Shown here: positions 28,921 to 38,265 of the stretch, one piece after another | Position numbering within the stretch: position 1 is the stretch's first letter | Layout of the letters: every line of letters starts with the position of its first letter | Assembly (NCBI GenBank): GCA_963744535.1 | Contig: CAVUTW010000001.1 | Coordinates: 238,999-302,998 of the forward strand | Direction of reading: 5' to 3' | DNA length: 64,000 nucleotides | DNA from: an uncultured Solirubrobacterales bacterium | GTDB lineage: Bacteria; Actinomycetota; Thermoleophilia; Solirubrobacterales; Solirubrobacteraceae | The notes under the pieces: model-generated | The model's input: only the letters and a program-made list of their open reading frames with translations | Databases searched by the model: none | Told to the model about the DNA's origin: nothing | Position numbers and translations under genes: made by a program

Positions 28921-29847
28921 ATGGCCATTGAGGACCCCGTGGTGATCACCTGCGCGATCTCGGGCGTGCTGGCCAACCGCAAGCAGTGCCCGGCGATCCC
29001 GTACACCCCCGCGGAGTACGCCGCCGAGGCGCGGCGGATCGTGGACGAGGGGGGGACGATGATCCACATGCACGCGCGCACCACCGCGGGCGGGCCGAGC
29101 TTCGAGGTGGAGGATTACAAAGCGATCTCCGACGCCATCCGCGCGGAGGTCGGGGACGCGGCGATCGTCAACTTCTCCACAGGCGCCATGGGGGTGAGCG
29201 TGGAGAAGCGCGTGGCTTACCTGCGTGAGTGCCGCCCCGAGGTGGCGGCGCTGAACATGGGATCGATGAACTACGCCAAGTACTCGCGCTCGCGCAAAGA
29301 CTTCGTCTTCAACATGGTGTTCGCCAATCCGTTCGAGGAGATCGTCGAGCTGCTGGGGGCGATGCGCGAGCTGGGCATCAAACCGGAGCACGAGTGCTTC
29401 GACTTCGGGCACGTCGGCAGCCTGGAGCCGCTGCTGGACATGGGCGTGCTCCAGGCACCGCTGCACGTGGATTGCATCATGGGCGTGGTCGGCGGCGTCC
29501 CCCCCGGCGCGCGCAATCTTGCGGCGATGGTCGCCAACATCCCCGGGGTGGACGTCCCCGGAGCCCCCGGGCCTGGTACCTCCGGGGAGGTCGGTGGCGC
29601 GAAATCGCACTGGGCGGTGATCGGGATCGGCCGCCAGCAGTGGGAGCTCCTCGCGGCCGCGCTCACGCTCGGCGGCTCGATCCGCGTGGGCCTCGAGGAC
29701 AACCTCTATCTCCCCAACGGTGAGATGGCGGGCTCCAACGGCGACTTGATCGCGAAGGCGCGGCAGATGACCGAAGACGTAGGCCGCCGTCCGGCGACCG
29801 TGCAGGAGGCTCGCGGCCTCTTGAACATTCCCCAGCGCGATGGTTGA
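28921..29847 (+). CDS. Beta-keto acid cleavage enzyme (BKACE/DUF849, Kce-like)
   Basis: ITCAISG, PYTP, HMHAR, STG, GSMN, KPEHECFD.GH, RVGLEDN. Confidence 0.9.
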   Translation: MAIEDPVVITCAISGVLANRKQCPAIPYTPAEYAAEARRIVDEGGTMIHMHARTTAGGPSFEVEDYKAISDAIRAEVGDAAIVNFSTGAMGVSVEKRVAYLRECRPEVAALNMGSMNYAKYSRSRKDFVFNMVFANPFEEIVELLGAMRELGIKPEHECFDFGHVGSLEPLLDMGVLQAPLHVDCIMGVVGGVPPGARNLAAMVANIPGVDVPGAPGPGTSGEVGGAKSHWAVIGIGRQQWELLAAALTLGGSIRVGLEDNLYLPNGEMAGSNGDLIAKARQMTEDVGRRPATVQEARGLLNIPQRDG

Positions 29848-31150
29848 TCGAAAAAGAGGGGCCCGACTCGCCGGCCTCCGGCCGGCTGCGCCACCCTCTA
29901 GGCTGCCGCTGGCGGGCATCCGCGTGCTCGACCTCTCCCGCCTTTTGCCCGGGGGCTTCTGCTCGCTGCTGCTGGCGGACTTCGGCGCGGAGGTGCTGAA
30001 GGTGGAGGACACCGGGATGGGCGATTACATCCGCTGGTCGCCTCCCTACGTCGAGGGCGCCGAGCAGAGCGCGAAGTCGGCGCTGTTCCTCGCGCTCAAC
30101 CGCAACAAGCGCTCGATCCGCCTCGACCTCAAGCGCGACGAGGGGCGCGAGGCGCTGCTGCGCCTGGTGGCGGAGCACGATGTGGTGCTCGAGTCCTTCC
30201 GCCCCGGCGTGCTGGACCGCCTCGGCGTCGGCTACGAGCGGATCCGCGAGGTCAACCCGGGGATCGTGTACTGCGCGATCTCAGGGTACGGCCAGAGCGG
30301 TCCCAAACGCGAGGCCTCCGGGCACGACATGAACTACCTCGGCCTCGTTGGTCTGCTCGGGCTCACGGGAGAACGCGGGGGCCCGCCGGTGCAGGCCGCG
30401 GGCCAGATCGCCGACCTCGGCGGCGGTGCGTTGATGGCCGCGTTCGGGATCCTCGCGGCGCTGCGCGAGCGCGATGGCAGCGCCTCCCATCCCGGCTCGG
30501 GCAAGGGCCAGGTGGTGGATGTCTCGATGGCCGACGGCGCGCTCTCGTGGCTGGCGATGGTGGCGGCAGCCTACTTCGCCGACGGCAACCTGCCGCACCG
30601 CGGCGAGCTGCTGCTGGCGGGTTCGGTGATCTGCTATCGCCCCTACGAGTGCGCCGACGGCTGGGTGACGTTGGGCGCGCTGGAGCCCAAGTTCTGGCAG
30701 GCGTGGTGCCGCGGCGTCGAGCGCGAGGAGCTGATCGAGCGCCAGTTCGAAGCGCCCGGCTCCGACGCGCACGCGCAGGTGGTGGAGATCTTCAAGACGC
30801 GCACCCGCGCTCAGTGGGAGCAGTTCGCGCGCGAGCACGACTGCTGCCTGGAGCCGGTGCTGGAGCTCGACGAGGCGCTCGACTCGGAGCTGGTGCGCGC
30901 CCGCGAGATGGTTGTCAACCTCCAGCAACCCGGCGTCGAGGGAGGCGTGCGCCAGCTCGGTGTGCCCGTCAAGCTGGAGCGCACCCCCGGCGCCCACAAC
31001 CGTCTCCCGGGCCCCGCGTTGGGCGAGCACACCGAGGAAATCCTCGCCGCCGTCGGCTACTCCGCCGAGGAGATCGCCGCGCTGCTGGAGTCGGGCGCTG
31101 CCGCCGGGCCCGCCGCCACGGCGGGGCAAGGTGCCACGTTTCGGGCGTAG
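29840..31150 (+). CDS. Family III CoA-transferase (CaiB/BaiF)
   Basis: PLAGIRVLDLSR, LADFGAEVLKVE, NRNKRS, FRPGV, GHDMNY. Confidence 0.93.
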   Translation: MVDRKRGARLAGLRPAAPPSRLPLAGIRVLDLSRLLPGGFCSLLLADFGAEVLKVEDTGMGDYIRWSPPYVEGAEQSAKSALFLALNRNKRSIRLDLKRDEGREALLRLVAEHDVVLESFRPGVLDRLGVGYERIREVNPGIVYCAISGYGQSGPKREASGHDMNYLGLVGLLGLTGERGGPPVQAAGQIADLGGGALMAAFGILAALRERDGSASHPGSGKGQVVDVSMADGALSWLAMVAAAYFADGNLPHRGELLLAGSVICYRPYECADGWVTLGALEPKFWQAWCRGVEREELIERQFEAPGSDAHAQVVEIFKTRTRAQWEQFAREHDCCLEPVLELDEALDSELVRAREMVVNLQQPGVEGGVRQLGVPVKLERTPGAHNRLPGPALGEHTEEILAAVGYSAEEIAALLESGAAAGPAATAGQGATFRA

Positions 31151-31246
31151 CCCACTCTCCAGCGCGAGACGACGAAGCTGTGGCAGCTTGTTGGGCGCGT
31201 CGCCTGCCCGACTGTCTCAAGCCTGCGGTTGCGTCCTGGCACCGTC

Positions 31247-32146
31247 CTACCACCGCGCGCGATGATGCTCCACCACGCCCATGCCGTGCGCCAGCTCGAG
31301 ACCGCCGGGAAGCGTGCCGGCGAAGGTGCCGAACGGCGCCTGGTAGTCGCTGCGCACCAGCAGCAGATTCTCGCGGCGGCTCCGTTGCGCCTCGGCGGTG
31401 AAGCGCAGCTGCGAGCCGTCGGCCGACTCGATCTGTGACAGGTCGGGCGCGAAGTGGACGGCGGCCACCTCGTGTGGCTTGCCTGCCACCCACACCGCGC
31501 GCTCACTGCTGGCCGAACGGGGGATGCTCGCCGGAGGCGAGTGTCCCCCCGCTTCGGTAGGGGGGTCGTTGACGCCCTCGACGAGATTGAACGCCAGCGG
31601 TGTCCCCTCGGGATCCACGCCGACTCCCGCCGCCCACCGCCACTCGGTCACGCGCGCGTGGTAGCCGGCGGTATCGTCCACGACCGCCAGCGCCTCGATC
31701 TCGCGCGGGGGACCGCCGTCAAGGGCCACGGTGCCGCGCGCGGGGATCCCCGCCTGCTTGCGTGTCCACACGTAGCCTCGACCGTGCGGGCACAGTGCCT
31801 CGATGCCCGCGTCTTCGGCCAGCGCCAGGTCTAGCGTCACGCCGTGGTCGCACACGCGCAGCCGCCCCGGGATCGCCGAGTCTCCGTCGCGCATATGCGG
31901 CCTGTACGAGTCGATCTCCGCGCTGTCGCGCACGCCCAGCCGCCCCGGCGTGAGTTCCACCGCCCCGCGGCCGGCGAGCGTATGCGTGCGCTCGCGCAGG
32001 CGGCGATCCTCGCGCGAGACGATCGCCCAGAACGTCTGGTGCGCCGGTCCCACCTGCACGGTGGCCGCACACGCCATCAACTCCTCGCAGAAGATCCCCA
32101 CGTAGCGCCAGCGCTTCAGGGGGCGCGTTCCACGGAAGAGAGGCAT
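31247..32146 (-). CDS. DUF2804-like hypothetical protein
   Basis: KRWRY, WTRKQ, DDTAGYHAR.T.W.W, SDYQAPFG.F.G, EHHRARW. Start uncertain. Confidence 0.65.
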   Translation of the reverse strand: MPLFRGTRPLKRWRYVGIFCEELMACAATVQVGPAHQTFWAIVSREDRRLRERTHTLAGRGAVELTPGRLGVRDSAEIDSYRPHMRDGDSAIPGRLRVCDHGVTLDLALAEDAGIEALCPHGRGYVWTRKQAGIPARGTVALDGGPPREIEALAVVDDTAGYHARVTEWRWAAGVGVDPEGTPLAFNLVEGVNDPPTEAGGHSPPASIPRSASSERAVWVAGKPHEVAAVHFAPDLSQIESADGSQLRFTAEAQRSRRENLLLVRSDYQAPFGTFAGTLPGGLELAHGMGVVEHHRARW

Positions 32147-32190
32147 GCGGGCGGGCGGCACAGGCCCTGCCGACGCTATGCTTGAGATCG

Positions 32191-32206
32191 TTGACTGACT
32201 AGTCAA
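32191..32206. promoter_or_regulatory. Candidate TetR-family operator
   Basis: Inverted repeat TTGACT-GACT-AGTCAA in an AT-richer divergent intergenic region upstream of the nit-tetR operon. Confidence 0.5.
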
Positions 32207-32245
32207 TCTATTCTGTGAGGAGACGCTCATGGAAGGAGTGCGCTT

Positions 32246-33127
32246 TTGAGGGTCGCCGCGGTACAGCTCAACTCCACGGCCGACAAGGCCACGAACATGG
32301 CCGCCGCCGATGGCCTCACGCGCGCCGCGGCGGCGGATGGGGCGCGTCTGATCGTACTCCCGGAGAAGTGGTCGGTGCTCGGGGCCGACGAGGATCTTCG
32401 CGCGGGCGCCGAGACGCTCGACGGGCCCGCCGTCTCATGGGCGCGGGCGATCGCGCGGGAGCTTGCGATCGACCTCGTGGCGGGGTCGATCGTGGAGTCG
32501 CCCCTAGCCGATCGAGCGTCGGCTGGTGGGAAGCTCGCCAGCTCGGCGGATGCCGATGGCGGTGGGAAGCTCGCCAACACCTCCGTGCACGTCGATCCGC
32601 AGGGGGAGGTGCGGGCGGTTTATCGCAAGCTGCACATGTTCGACGTGGAGATCGAGGGCCGCGCCTACCGTGAGTCCGCCGTCACCGAGCCCGGGGAGGA
32701 GATTGTGCTGAGCGCCACCGCCGAGGGCGTCGAGCTGGGGATGTCGATCTGCTACGACCTGCGCTTCCCCGAGTTGTTCGGGGTGCTCGCCCTACGCGGC
32801 GCCCGCGTGGTGGCGCTGCCCTCCGCCTTTACGCTGCCCACCACCCGCGACCACTGGGAGATACTCGTGCGCGCGCGGGCGATCGAGAACGAGGTGTTCG
32901 TGATTGCAGCCAATCAGGTCGGTTCTCACCCCGGCGGGCACCACTCCGGGGGGCACTCGATGATCGTCGATCCGTGGGGGGTCGTGCTCGCGCGCGCCGA
33001 CGACCGCGAGGGTTTCGTCACGGCCGACCTCGACCTCGATCGCCAGGTGGAGATCCGCGCTCAGCTTCCCGTCCTCACCCACCGCCGCCCGCAGGTGTAC
33101 GGCTCTTCGGTGGAGGCGCACGCGTGA
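32246..33127 (+). CDS. Carbon-nitrogen hydrolase (Nit1/YbeM-like)
   Basis: Catalytic triad motifs LPE, YRKLH and ICYDLRFPE; RARAIEN. Confidence 0.92.
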   Translation: MRVAAVQLNSTADKATNMAAADGLTRAAAADGARLIVLPEKWSVLGADEDLRAGAETLDGPAVSWARAIARELAIDLVAGSIVESPLADRASAGGKLASSADADGGGKLANTSVHVDPQGEVRAVYRKLHMFDVEIEGRAYRESAVTEPGEEIVLSATAEGVELGMSICYDLRFPELFGVLALRGARVVALPSAFTLPTTRDHWEILVRARAIENEVFVIAANQVGSHPGGHHSGGHSMIVDPWGVVLARADDREGFVTADLDLDRQVEIRAQLPVLTHRRPQVYGSSVEAHA

Positions 33128-33798
33128 GTGTTGCGCGCGCCAAGAACGGCCCCGACAAGCGGCGCATGATCCTCGACGCCGCCGTGCGGGTGTTCGCGCG
33201 CCAGGGCTTTCATGCCTGCCGCGTCTCGGACATCGCCGATGAGGCCGGGGTGGCGTACGGCCTCGTCTACCACTACTTCGCCTCCAAGGACGAGATCCTC
33301 GACACGCTCTTCCTCGAGCGCTGGAACGTGATGCTCGAGACGATCCGCGCGGTGGACGCGCGCGATGAGCTGGGCGCGCGTGAGAAGCTGCACGAGATCG
33401 CCTCGTTCATCGTGGACTCCTACCGCCACGATCCTGAGCTGATGAAGGTGATCATCGTCGAGGTGACCCGTGCGGCCAACTCCTTCGGCCAGACGCACCT
33501 CGCCCAGATCCGTCAAGCGTATGAGCTGATCGCCGAGATCGTGACTGCCGCCCAGGCCGAGGGCACGTTCAAGGCCGAGATCGACGCGCGCTTCGCGGCG
33601 ATGTCCTTCTACGGGGCGATCGAGCAGATGCTCACCGGCTGGATCTTCGGGCTGCTCCCCCGTGAGGAGGATCAGTACGAGCGTGCCAAGTGGCTGGTGG
33701 TCGAGACGGTGTGCGGCGGGCTGGAGGCTCCTCTCGCCGGCGATTCCCCGAGGGGGGAGTCGAAGACGACCACCGCGGGCAATACACTTCCCGGATGA
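33124..33798 (+). CDS. TetR/AcrR family regulator
   Basis: ILDAAVRVFARQGF...IADEAGVAYGLVYHYF.SK; GTGA overlap. Confidence 0.93.
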   Translation: MSVARAKNGPDKRRMILDAAVRVFARQGFHACRVSDIADEAGVAYGLVYHYFASKDEILDTLFLERWNVMLETIRAVDARDELGAREKLHEIASFIVDSYRHDPELMKVIIVEVTRAANSFGQTHLAQIRQAYELIAEIVTAAQAEGTFKAEIDARFAAMSFYGAIEQMLTGWIFGLLPREEDQYERAKWLVVETVCGGLEAPLAGDSPRGESKTTTAGNTLPG

Positions 33799-33932
33799 TG
33801 GAGAACGAGATGGTCAAGCGTTTGGTGTGGTCGGGCATGCTCACCGCGTTCGGCGCCCTCGCGAGCGTCCTCGTGCAGCGCGCCGCCGGCGTGGTGTGGC
33901 GGCGGGTGTTCGACGAGGAGCCTCCCGAGTGA
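33795..33932 (+). CDS. Small membrane protein (DUF4235-like)
   Basis: Coupled 45-aa ORF with one TM, ending WRRVFDEEPPE. Confidence 0.55.
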   Translation: MMENEMVKRLVWSGMLTAFGALASVLVQRAAGVVWRRVFDEEPPE

Positions 33933-34498
33933 GCGCGGCGGCGGGGCCGGAGCCCGCCCGCCCACGGGAGAGTGACGCGAGCGCATTTGGAGTGGGCGCG
34001 TCTGGTGCGACCCCGCCTCCGACGAACGCCGGGGGGGCTCGAGTAGGCACCGGGATGGTTGGGTCTCGGAAGGACGGGCCGCAAAACATCGCCACAGCGA
34101 TCACCGAGGTGTCCGAACGCATGGCGGTGCTGGTGCACGAGGAGGTCGAGCTCGCCAAGGCGGAGGTCACCGAGAAGGTGGCCAAGCTGGCGCGCGGCGC
34201 GGTGGTGGCGGTCGCCGCCGGTATCTTCATGGTGACCGCGCTCTTCTTCGTGCTGATCGGCTGCGCCTGGCTGCTCTACTACGCGCTGCCGATCGGTGGC
34301 GACTTCACGTACTTCTGGGGCTTCTTTGCGATGGCCCTGATCCTACTGGTGCTCGGCGCGCTCGCGGGGTTGGTGGCCGCCAAAGTCGTCAAAAAAAGCT
34401 CCCCACCGGTGCCCACGATGGCAATCGAGGAGGCTCGCCTGATCCGCGAGACGATGGGCTCGGGCTCAGAGCACGACGGCACAAGGGGGATGCAGTGA
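33929..34498 (+). CDS. Actinobacterial holin-like membrane protein (DUF1469)
   Basis: LVHEEVELAKAEV, two TMs, P.PT.AIEE. Confidence 0.8.
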   Translation: MSAAAGPEPARPRESDASAFGVGASGATPPPTNAGGARVGTGMVGSRKDGPQNIATAITEVSERMAVLVHEEVELAKAEVTEKVAKLARGAVVAVAAGIFMVTALFFVLIGCAWLLYYALPIGGDFTYFWGFFAMALILLVLGALAGLVAAKVVKKSSPPVPTMAIEEARLIRETMGSGSEHDGTRGMQ

Positions 34499-34710
34499 TG
34501 GCGCAGCGCTCGCCCGCGGAGATCCGCAGCTCGATGGAGGCCAACCGCGCGGAGCTGGCGGTGTCGATGGAGCGTCTGCACGTCGAGGTGGCGCGGCTCA
34601 CCGACTGGCGCGCTCACGTCGAGCGTCACAAACGCGAGCTGCTGATCGGCGCGGCCGTCATCGGCCTCACGCTTGGCATGCGCAGCCGGCGCCGACGTCG
34701 GCGACGCTGA
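34495..34710 (+). CDS. DUF3618-like protein
   Basis: RSPAEIR..ME..RAELA with a C-terminal TM and basic tail; usual neighbour of DUF1469. Confidence 0.7.
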   Translation: MMAQRSPAEIRSSMEANRAELAVSMERLHVEVARLTDWRAHVERHKRELLIGAAVIGLTLGMRSRRRRRRR

Positions 34711-34825
34711 CCACTTGCCCCAAGGCAGGTCGTGCACGTGGTGCCCAGGTCGGGCCTCGCTGGGTATGTATGTAACTTTTTAAAACGTGTGCGCTATTGC
34801 GCACGGCCCGCAAATTTTCAATACA

Positions 34826-34866
34826 GGCATCCGGTCTACGGCATCCGGTCTACACCCGGTCTACGG
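34826..34866. repeat. Short tandem repeat CCGGTCTAC x3
   Basis: GGCATCCGGTCTAC GGCATCCGGTCTAC ACCCGGTCTAC between convergent genes. Confidence 0.7.
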
Positions 34867-34888
34867 CCTATCCCGGTGCGTGGTCACC

Positions 34889-35752
34889 TCAGGCGAGTAG
34901 CGCGCGGGGAATCCCGCCGACGCCCACCAGGCCCGGGCCCACGTAGGTGCCGATCACCGGGCCGACCTCGGAGACGAACAGCGGCTCGGAACCGTAGATC
35001 TCCCGTCCGTGATCGATCAGCCGCTGGGCTTGGTCGGTGGCCTGGATGTGCTGCACCACCCACGCGTCCGAGCCGGCCTCGCGCAGTTCGTGCATGTACT
35101 GCACCATCCGCTCAAACGCCCTGCCGGCGGTGCGCACGCGCTCGACGGGCGTGATTTCGTAGCCCAGCGTGAGGATCGGCTTGATCCGCAGCGTACCCCC
35201 CAGCCATGCCTGCGCCTTGCCGACGCGTCCACCGCGGCGCAGGTACTCCAGGGTGTCGATGCAAAACCAGATTTTCAGCGCCGCACGCGTCTCGCGGATG
35301 CGCGCGATTACACCCTCCTTGTCGGCGCCGCCGCGCGCCGCCGCGGCGCCCGCCAGCGCGAGCAGGCCGAGCCCGCCGCAAGCCGTCTCCCCGTCGATCA
35401 CCTCCACGCGCTCGCCCTTACCCTGCTCGGCGAGCAGACCGCGCGCCTGCCGGGCCGCCTCGCAGGTCCCGGAGATGCCCCCCGAGAGGTGCACCGAGAC
35501 GATGTCCTGCCCCGCCTCCAGCAGCGGCTCCCATACCGCGAGGAAGTCGCCGATCGAGGGCTGCGAGGTGGTGGGCAGATCGGAGTTGGAGCGCAGCTGC
35601 TGATAGAAGACGTCGAAGCTCTCCATCTCGCTCTCGCGCTGTTTGTCATCGCCCCACCCCACGTACAGGCTCACCTGGTGGATGCCTTCGCTCTCCGCCA
35701 GCGTGCGCGGCAGGTACTGGGTGGTGTCGGTGACGATCGCTACCTGGGGCAT
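34889..35752 (-). CDS. DegV family fatty-acid-binding protein
   Basis: IVTDTT, PTTSQPS, HLSGGISGT, LEYLRRGGRVG, IGTYVGPG. Confidence 0.93.
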   Translation of the reverse strand: MPQVAIVTDTTQYLPRTLAESEGIHQVSLYVGWGDDKQRESEMESFDVFYQQLRSNSDLPTTSQPSIGDFLAVWEPLLEAGQDIVSVHLSGGISGTCEAARQARGLLAEQGKGERVEVIDGETACGGLGLLALAGAAAARGGADKEGVIARIRETRAALKIWFCIDTLEYLRRGGRVGKAQAWLGGTLRIKPILTLGYEITPVERVRTAGRAFERMVQYMHELREAGSDAWVVQHIQATDQAQRLIDHGREIYGSEPLFVSEVGPVIGTYVGPGLVGVGGIPRALLA

Positions 35753-35827
35753 GGGGCGAGCACCCTATAGCAACGCCCCGCGCGCCCTGTTCTTGGCCAC
35801 GTGACCGCGGGTTCCGTCGCCCCGCGC

Positions 35828-36259
35828 TCAGCCCAGCCGGTTTTCGATCTGCAGGCCGCCCGCCGTGGCCTCGTCCGGTAGGCGCTCGGCTGGCGTCTGC
35901 CCGGAGTCGCTCTCGACCCCGAGGGTCTCCGCCAGCTCGCCCGACTCGTACATCTCCATGACGATGTCGCAGCCTCCCACCAGCTCGCCGTTGACGAACA
36001 ACTGGGGGATCGTCGGCCAGTTGGAGAGGGCGGAGAGCTCCTGGCGGATGCGGGGATCGGGGAGGATGTCCACCGCCGCGAAGCCGGCGTCGAGCGCCTG
36101 CAGCGCGGCGACCGTGCGCGCCGAGAAGCCACACGCGGGAGCGTCCGGGTTGCCCTTCATGAAGAGGATCACGGGGTTCTCGGCGATCGCCTGCTCGATC
36201 GCCACGCGGATCGGGTTGGACTGGGTGGAGGGGGCGGTGATGGGATCGATGCTCTTCAT
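35828..36259 (-). CDS. grxD: Monothiol glutaredoxin Grx4
   Basis: FMKG...CGFS, WPTIPQLF, GGCD. Confidence 0.93.
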   Translation of the reverse strand: MKSIDPITAPSTQSNPIRVAIEQAIAENPVILFMKGNPDAPACGFSARTVAALQALDAGFAAVDILPDPRIRQELSALSNWPTIPQLFVNGELVGGCDIVMEMYESGELAETLGVESDSGQTPAERLPDEATAGGLQIENRLG

Positions 36260-36318
36260 GGGTGGCTCCTTGGGGCGCTTGCGGTGGTGGGCTGGCTCTC
36301 AGGTGAGTGGGGCTTCAC

Positions 36319-36546
36319 TCAGGCGGTTGCGGTCTTCAGCGACAGCGCATGGATCGGCCCGCCGATCTCCGCGCCGAAGACGTCGTAGACGAGGCGATGC
36401 TGCTCGATGCGGCTGCGTCCCGCGAACGCCTCCGCGGTGACGCTCGCGCGGAAGTGGTCGCCGCCGCCTGTGTAGTCCTCCACCTCGGCGCGGGCGCCTG
36501 GGATCGCGGCCTCGATGCGCTGCTTGATCTCGTCGGGGGTGGGCAT
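36319..36546 (-). CDS. BolA family protein
   Basis: GDHF, F.G.SRIEQHRLVY, IHALSLKT; adjacent to grxD. Confidence 0.9.
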   Translation of the reverse strand: MPTPDEIKQRIEAAIPGARAEVEDYTGGGDHFRASVTAEAFAGRSRIEQHRLVYDVFGAEIGGPIHALSLKTATA

Positions 36547-36650
36547 GGTATGGAAGAAGAGGGGCTCGGCTCGCCGGCCTTCGGCCGACTGCGCCACCCT
36601 CTTGGCCAAGGATAGCCGCGGCGGGGAACCTCGCTACACTTTGGATAGCG

Positions 36651-37004
36651 ATGGTTGCATTCACCGACAAGGGAGCCGACAAGGTACGCGAGTTCCTCGA
36701 CGCTCAGAGTGCCGACGTGGCGCTCGCAGGGCTGCGCGTCGGGGTGCGCGGGGGCGGCTGCTCGGGCTTCCAGTACCAGCTCGCTTTCGACGAGCAGCGC
36801 GAGAATGACGCCGTGTTCGAGAGCCATGGGCTGAAGCTGCTGGTTGATCGTCAGAGTCTGCAGTACGTGCACGGCTCGGAGATCGACTACGAGGAAAGCC
36901 TCCAAGGCGCGGGCTTCAAAGTCAACAACCCCAACGTCGTCGCCGCCTGCGGCTGCGGCTCCTCGTTCCGCGTGGCCGAGGAGGAGCAGGTCTCCGCCGT
37001 CTGA
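36651..37004 (+). CDS. A-type Fe-S carrier (IscA/ErpA/HesB family)
   Basis: GGGCSGFQY and NPN...CGCGSSF. Confidence 0.93.
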   Translation: MVAFTDKGADKVREFLDAQSADVALAGLRVGVRGGGCSGFQYQLAFDEQRENDAVFESHGLKLLVDRQSLQYVHGSEIDYEESLQGAGFKVNNPNVVAACGCGSSFRVAEEEQVSAV

Positions 37005-37013
37005 TACGTAAAT

Positions 37014-37063
37014 AAAATCATCTTTCTCGGGATGAAGGAAATCATTTTGAGAAAGATTATTTT
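37014..37063. terminator. AT-rich stem-loop (terminator or operator)
   Basis: AAAATCATCTTTCTC...GAGAAAGATTATTTT inverted repeat with one mismatch, just after the Fe-S carrier stop and before the ATPase gene. Confidence 0.5.
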
Positions 37064-37081
37064 GTTTGGCATAATTAGGTC

Positions 37082-38242
37082 GTGGCGCGTGGCTCAGGCA
37101 ACCCGACCAACCCGTTCCGTTTCGGTGCGCTGGCGCTCGACGAGGCGTTCACCGACCGAGAGGACGAGCTCCGCGAGCTGACGGCCGACGTGCGCAACGG
37201 ACAGGACGTCGTCCTGTTCGCGCCGCGACGCTACGGCAAGTCCTCGCTGATCTGGCGGGTCGCCCAGCAGCTGGTGGGGGAGGGCGTGCTGATCGCGCAG
37301 GTCGACCTGATGCGCACCCCGACCAGGGAGCGGCTGGCCGAGCGACTCGCAGCGACGATCTACGACGAGATCGCCTCGCCGCTGTTCCGCACCCGCGAGC
37401 GCCTGCGGATGTTCGCGGGGTTGCGGATCGCACCGACCGCGACGATCGACCCCGAGGACGGGTCGCTGTCCTTCAGCTTCGACGCCCGCGCTGCGCGCGA
37501 GGACCTCGACGCCACGCTCGAGGGGCTGCTCGCCCTGCCGGGGCGCCTCGCGGCCGAGCGCGGCCGGCGCGTGGCGCTGGTGCTCGATGAGTTCCAGGAG
37601 GTCGTCGAGATCGACCGTGGCCTGCTCAAGCTGATGCGCTCGGTCTTCCAGGAGCAGCCCGAGGTGGCCCACGTCTACCTCGGCAGCGCGCGCCACATGA
37701 TCGAGCGAATCTTCAACGACGAGCATGAGCCCTTCTGGCGCAGCGCCAAGCAGCGCGAGCTGGGCCCGATCCCGCGGGCGCCGTTCGAACGCTATGGCGT
37801 CGAGGGATTCGCCCGCACCGGTAAGACGCTCGACTCCTGGACGTGCGCTGAAGCGCTGGACATCACCGGCGGGCATCCCTACGCCACGCAGGAGCTGCTC
37901 TACTTCCTCTGGGAGGAGACCCCCGACGGCGAGAAGGCCACGAGCGAGCGCTTGGGGTATGCGACGGCCGCGACGCTGCGCTCCGAGCACGCCCACTTCA
38001 GCCTGCTGTGGTCGCGCTCGGCGGCCGCCCAGCGCCGAGTGCTGCAGGCGCTCGCCGCCGAGCAGCCAGGACGGCCGTTGAGCGACGAGTACCGCCGCCG
38101 GCACTCACTGCCGGTCGCCGCCACTGTGCAGAGTGCGCTCACCGCGCTCCTTGCCGCCGAGCTGGTCGCCCGGATCGGCCGCGGCGAGTACCACATCGCC
38201 GAGCCCTTCCTGGCGGAGTGGATCAGGCTCAACGAGAGCTGA
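37082..38242 (+). CDS. Archaeal-type AAA ATPase (ATPase_2-like)
   Basis: NPF..G, FTDREDEL, Walker A APRRYGKS, Walker B LVLDEFQ, GGHPY, EPFLAEW. Confidence 0.85.
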   Translation: MARGSGNPTNPFRFGALALDEAFTDREDELRELTADVRNGQDVVLFAPRRYGKSSLIWRVAQQLVGEGVLIAQVDLMRTPTRERLAERLAATIYDEIASPLFRTRERLRMFAGLRIAPTATIDPEDGSLSFSFDARAAREDLDATLEGLLALPGRLAAERGRRVALVLDEFQEVVEIDRGLLKLMRSVFQEQPEVAHVYLGSARHMIERIFNDEHEPFWRSAKQRELGPIPRAPFERYGVEGFARTGKTLDSWTCAEALDITGGHPYATQELLYFLWEETPDGEKATSERLGYATAATLRSEHAHFSLLWSRSAAAQRRVLQALAAEQPGRPLSDEYRRRHSLPVAATVQSALTALLAAELVARIGRGEYHIAEPFLAEWIRLNES

Positions 38243-38265
38243 GAGTCCTACGGGCGCTGCGTCCG

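Noticed and set aside
33929-34498. Holin as evidence of a prophage
   Set aside because: DUF1469-DUF3618 pairs are common chromosomal actinobacterial genes, and no phage genes are nearby.
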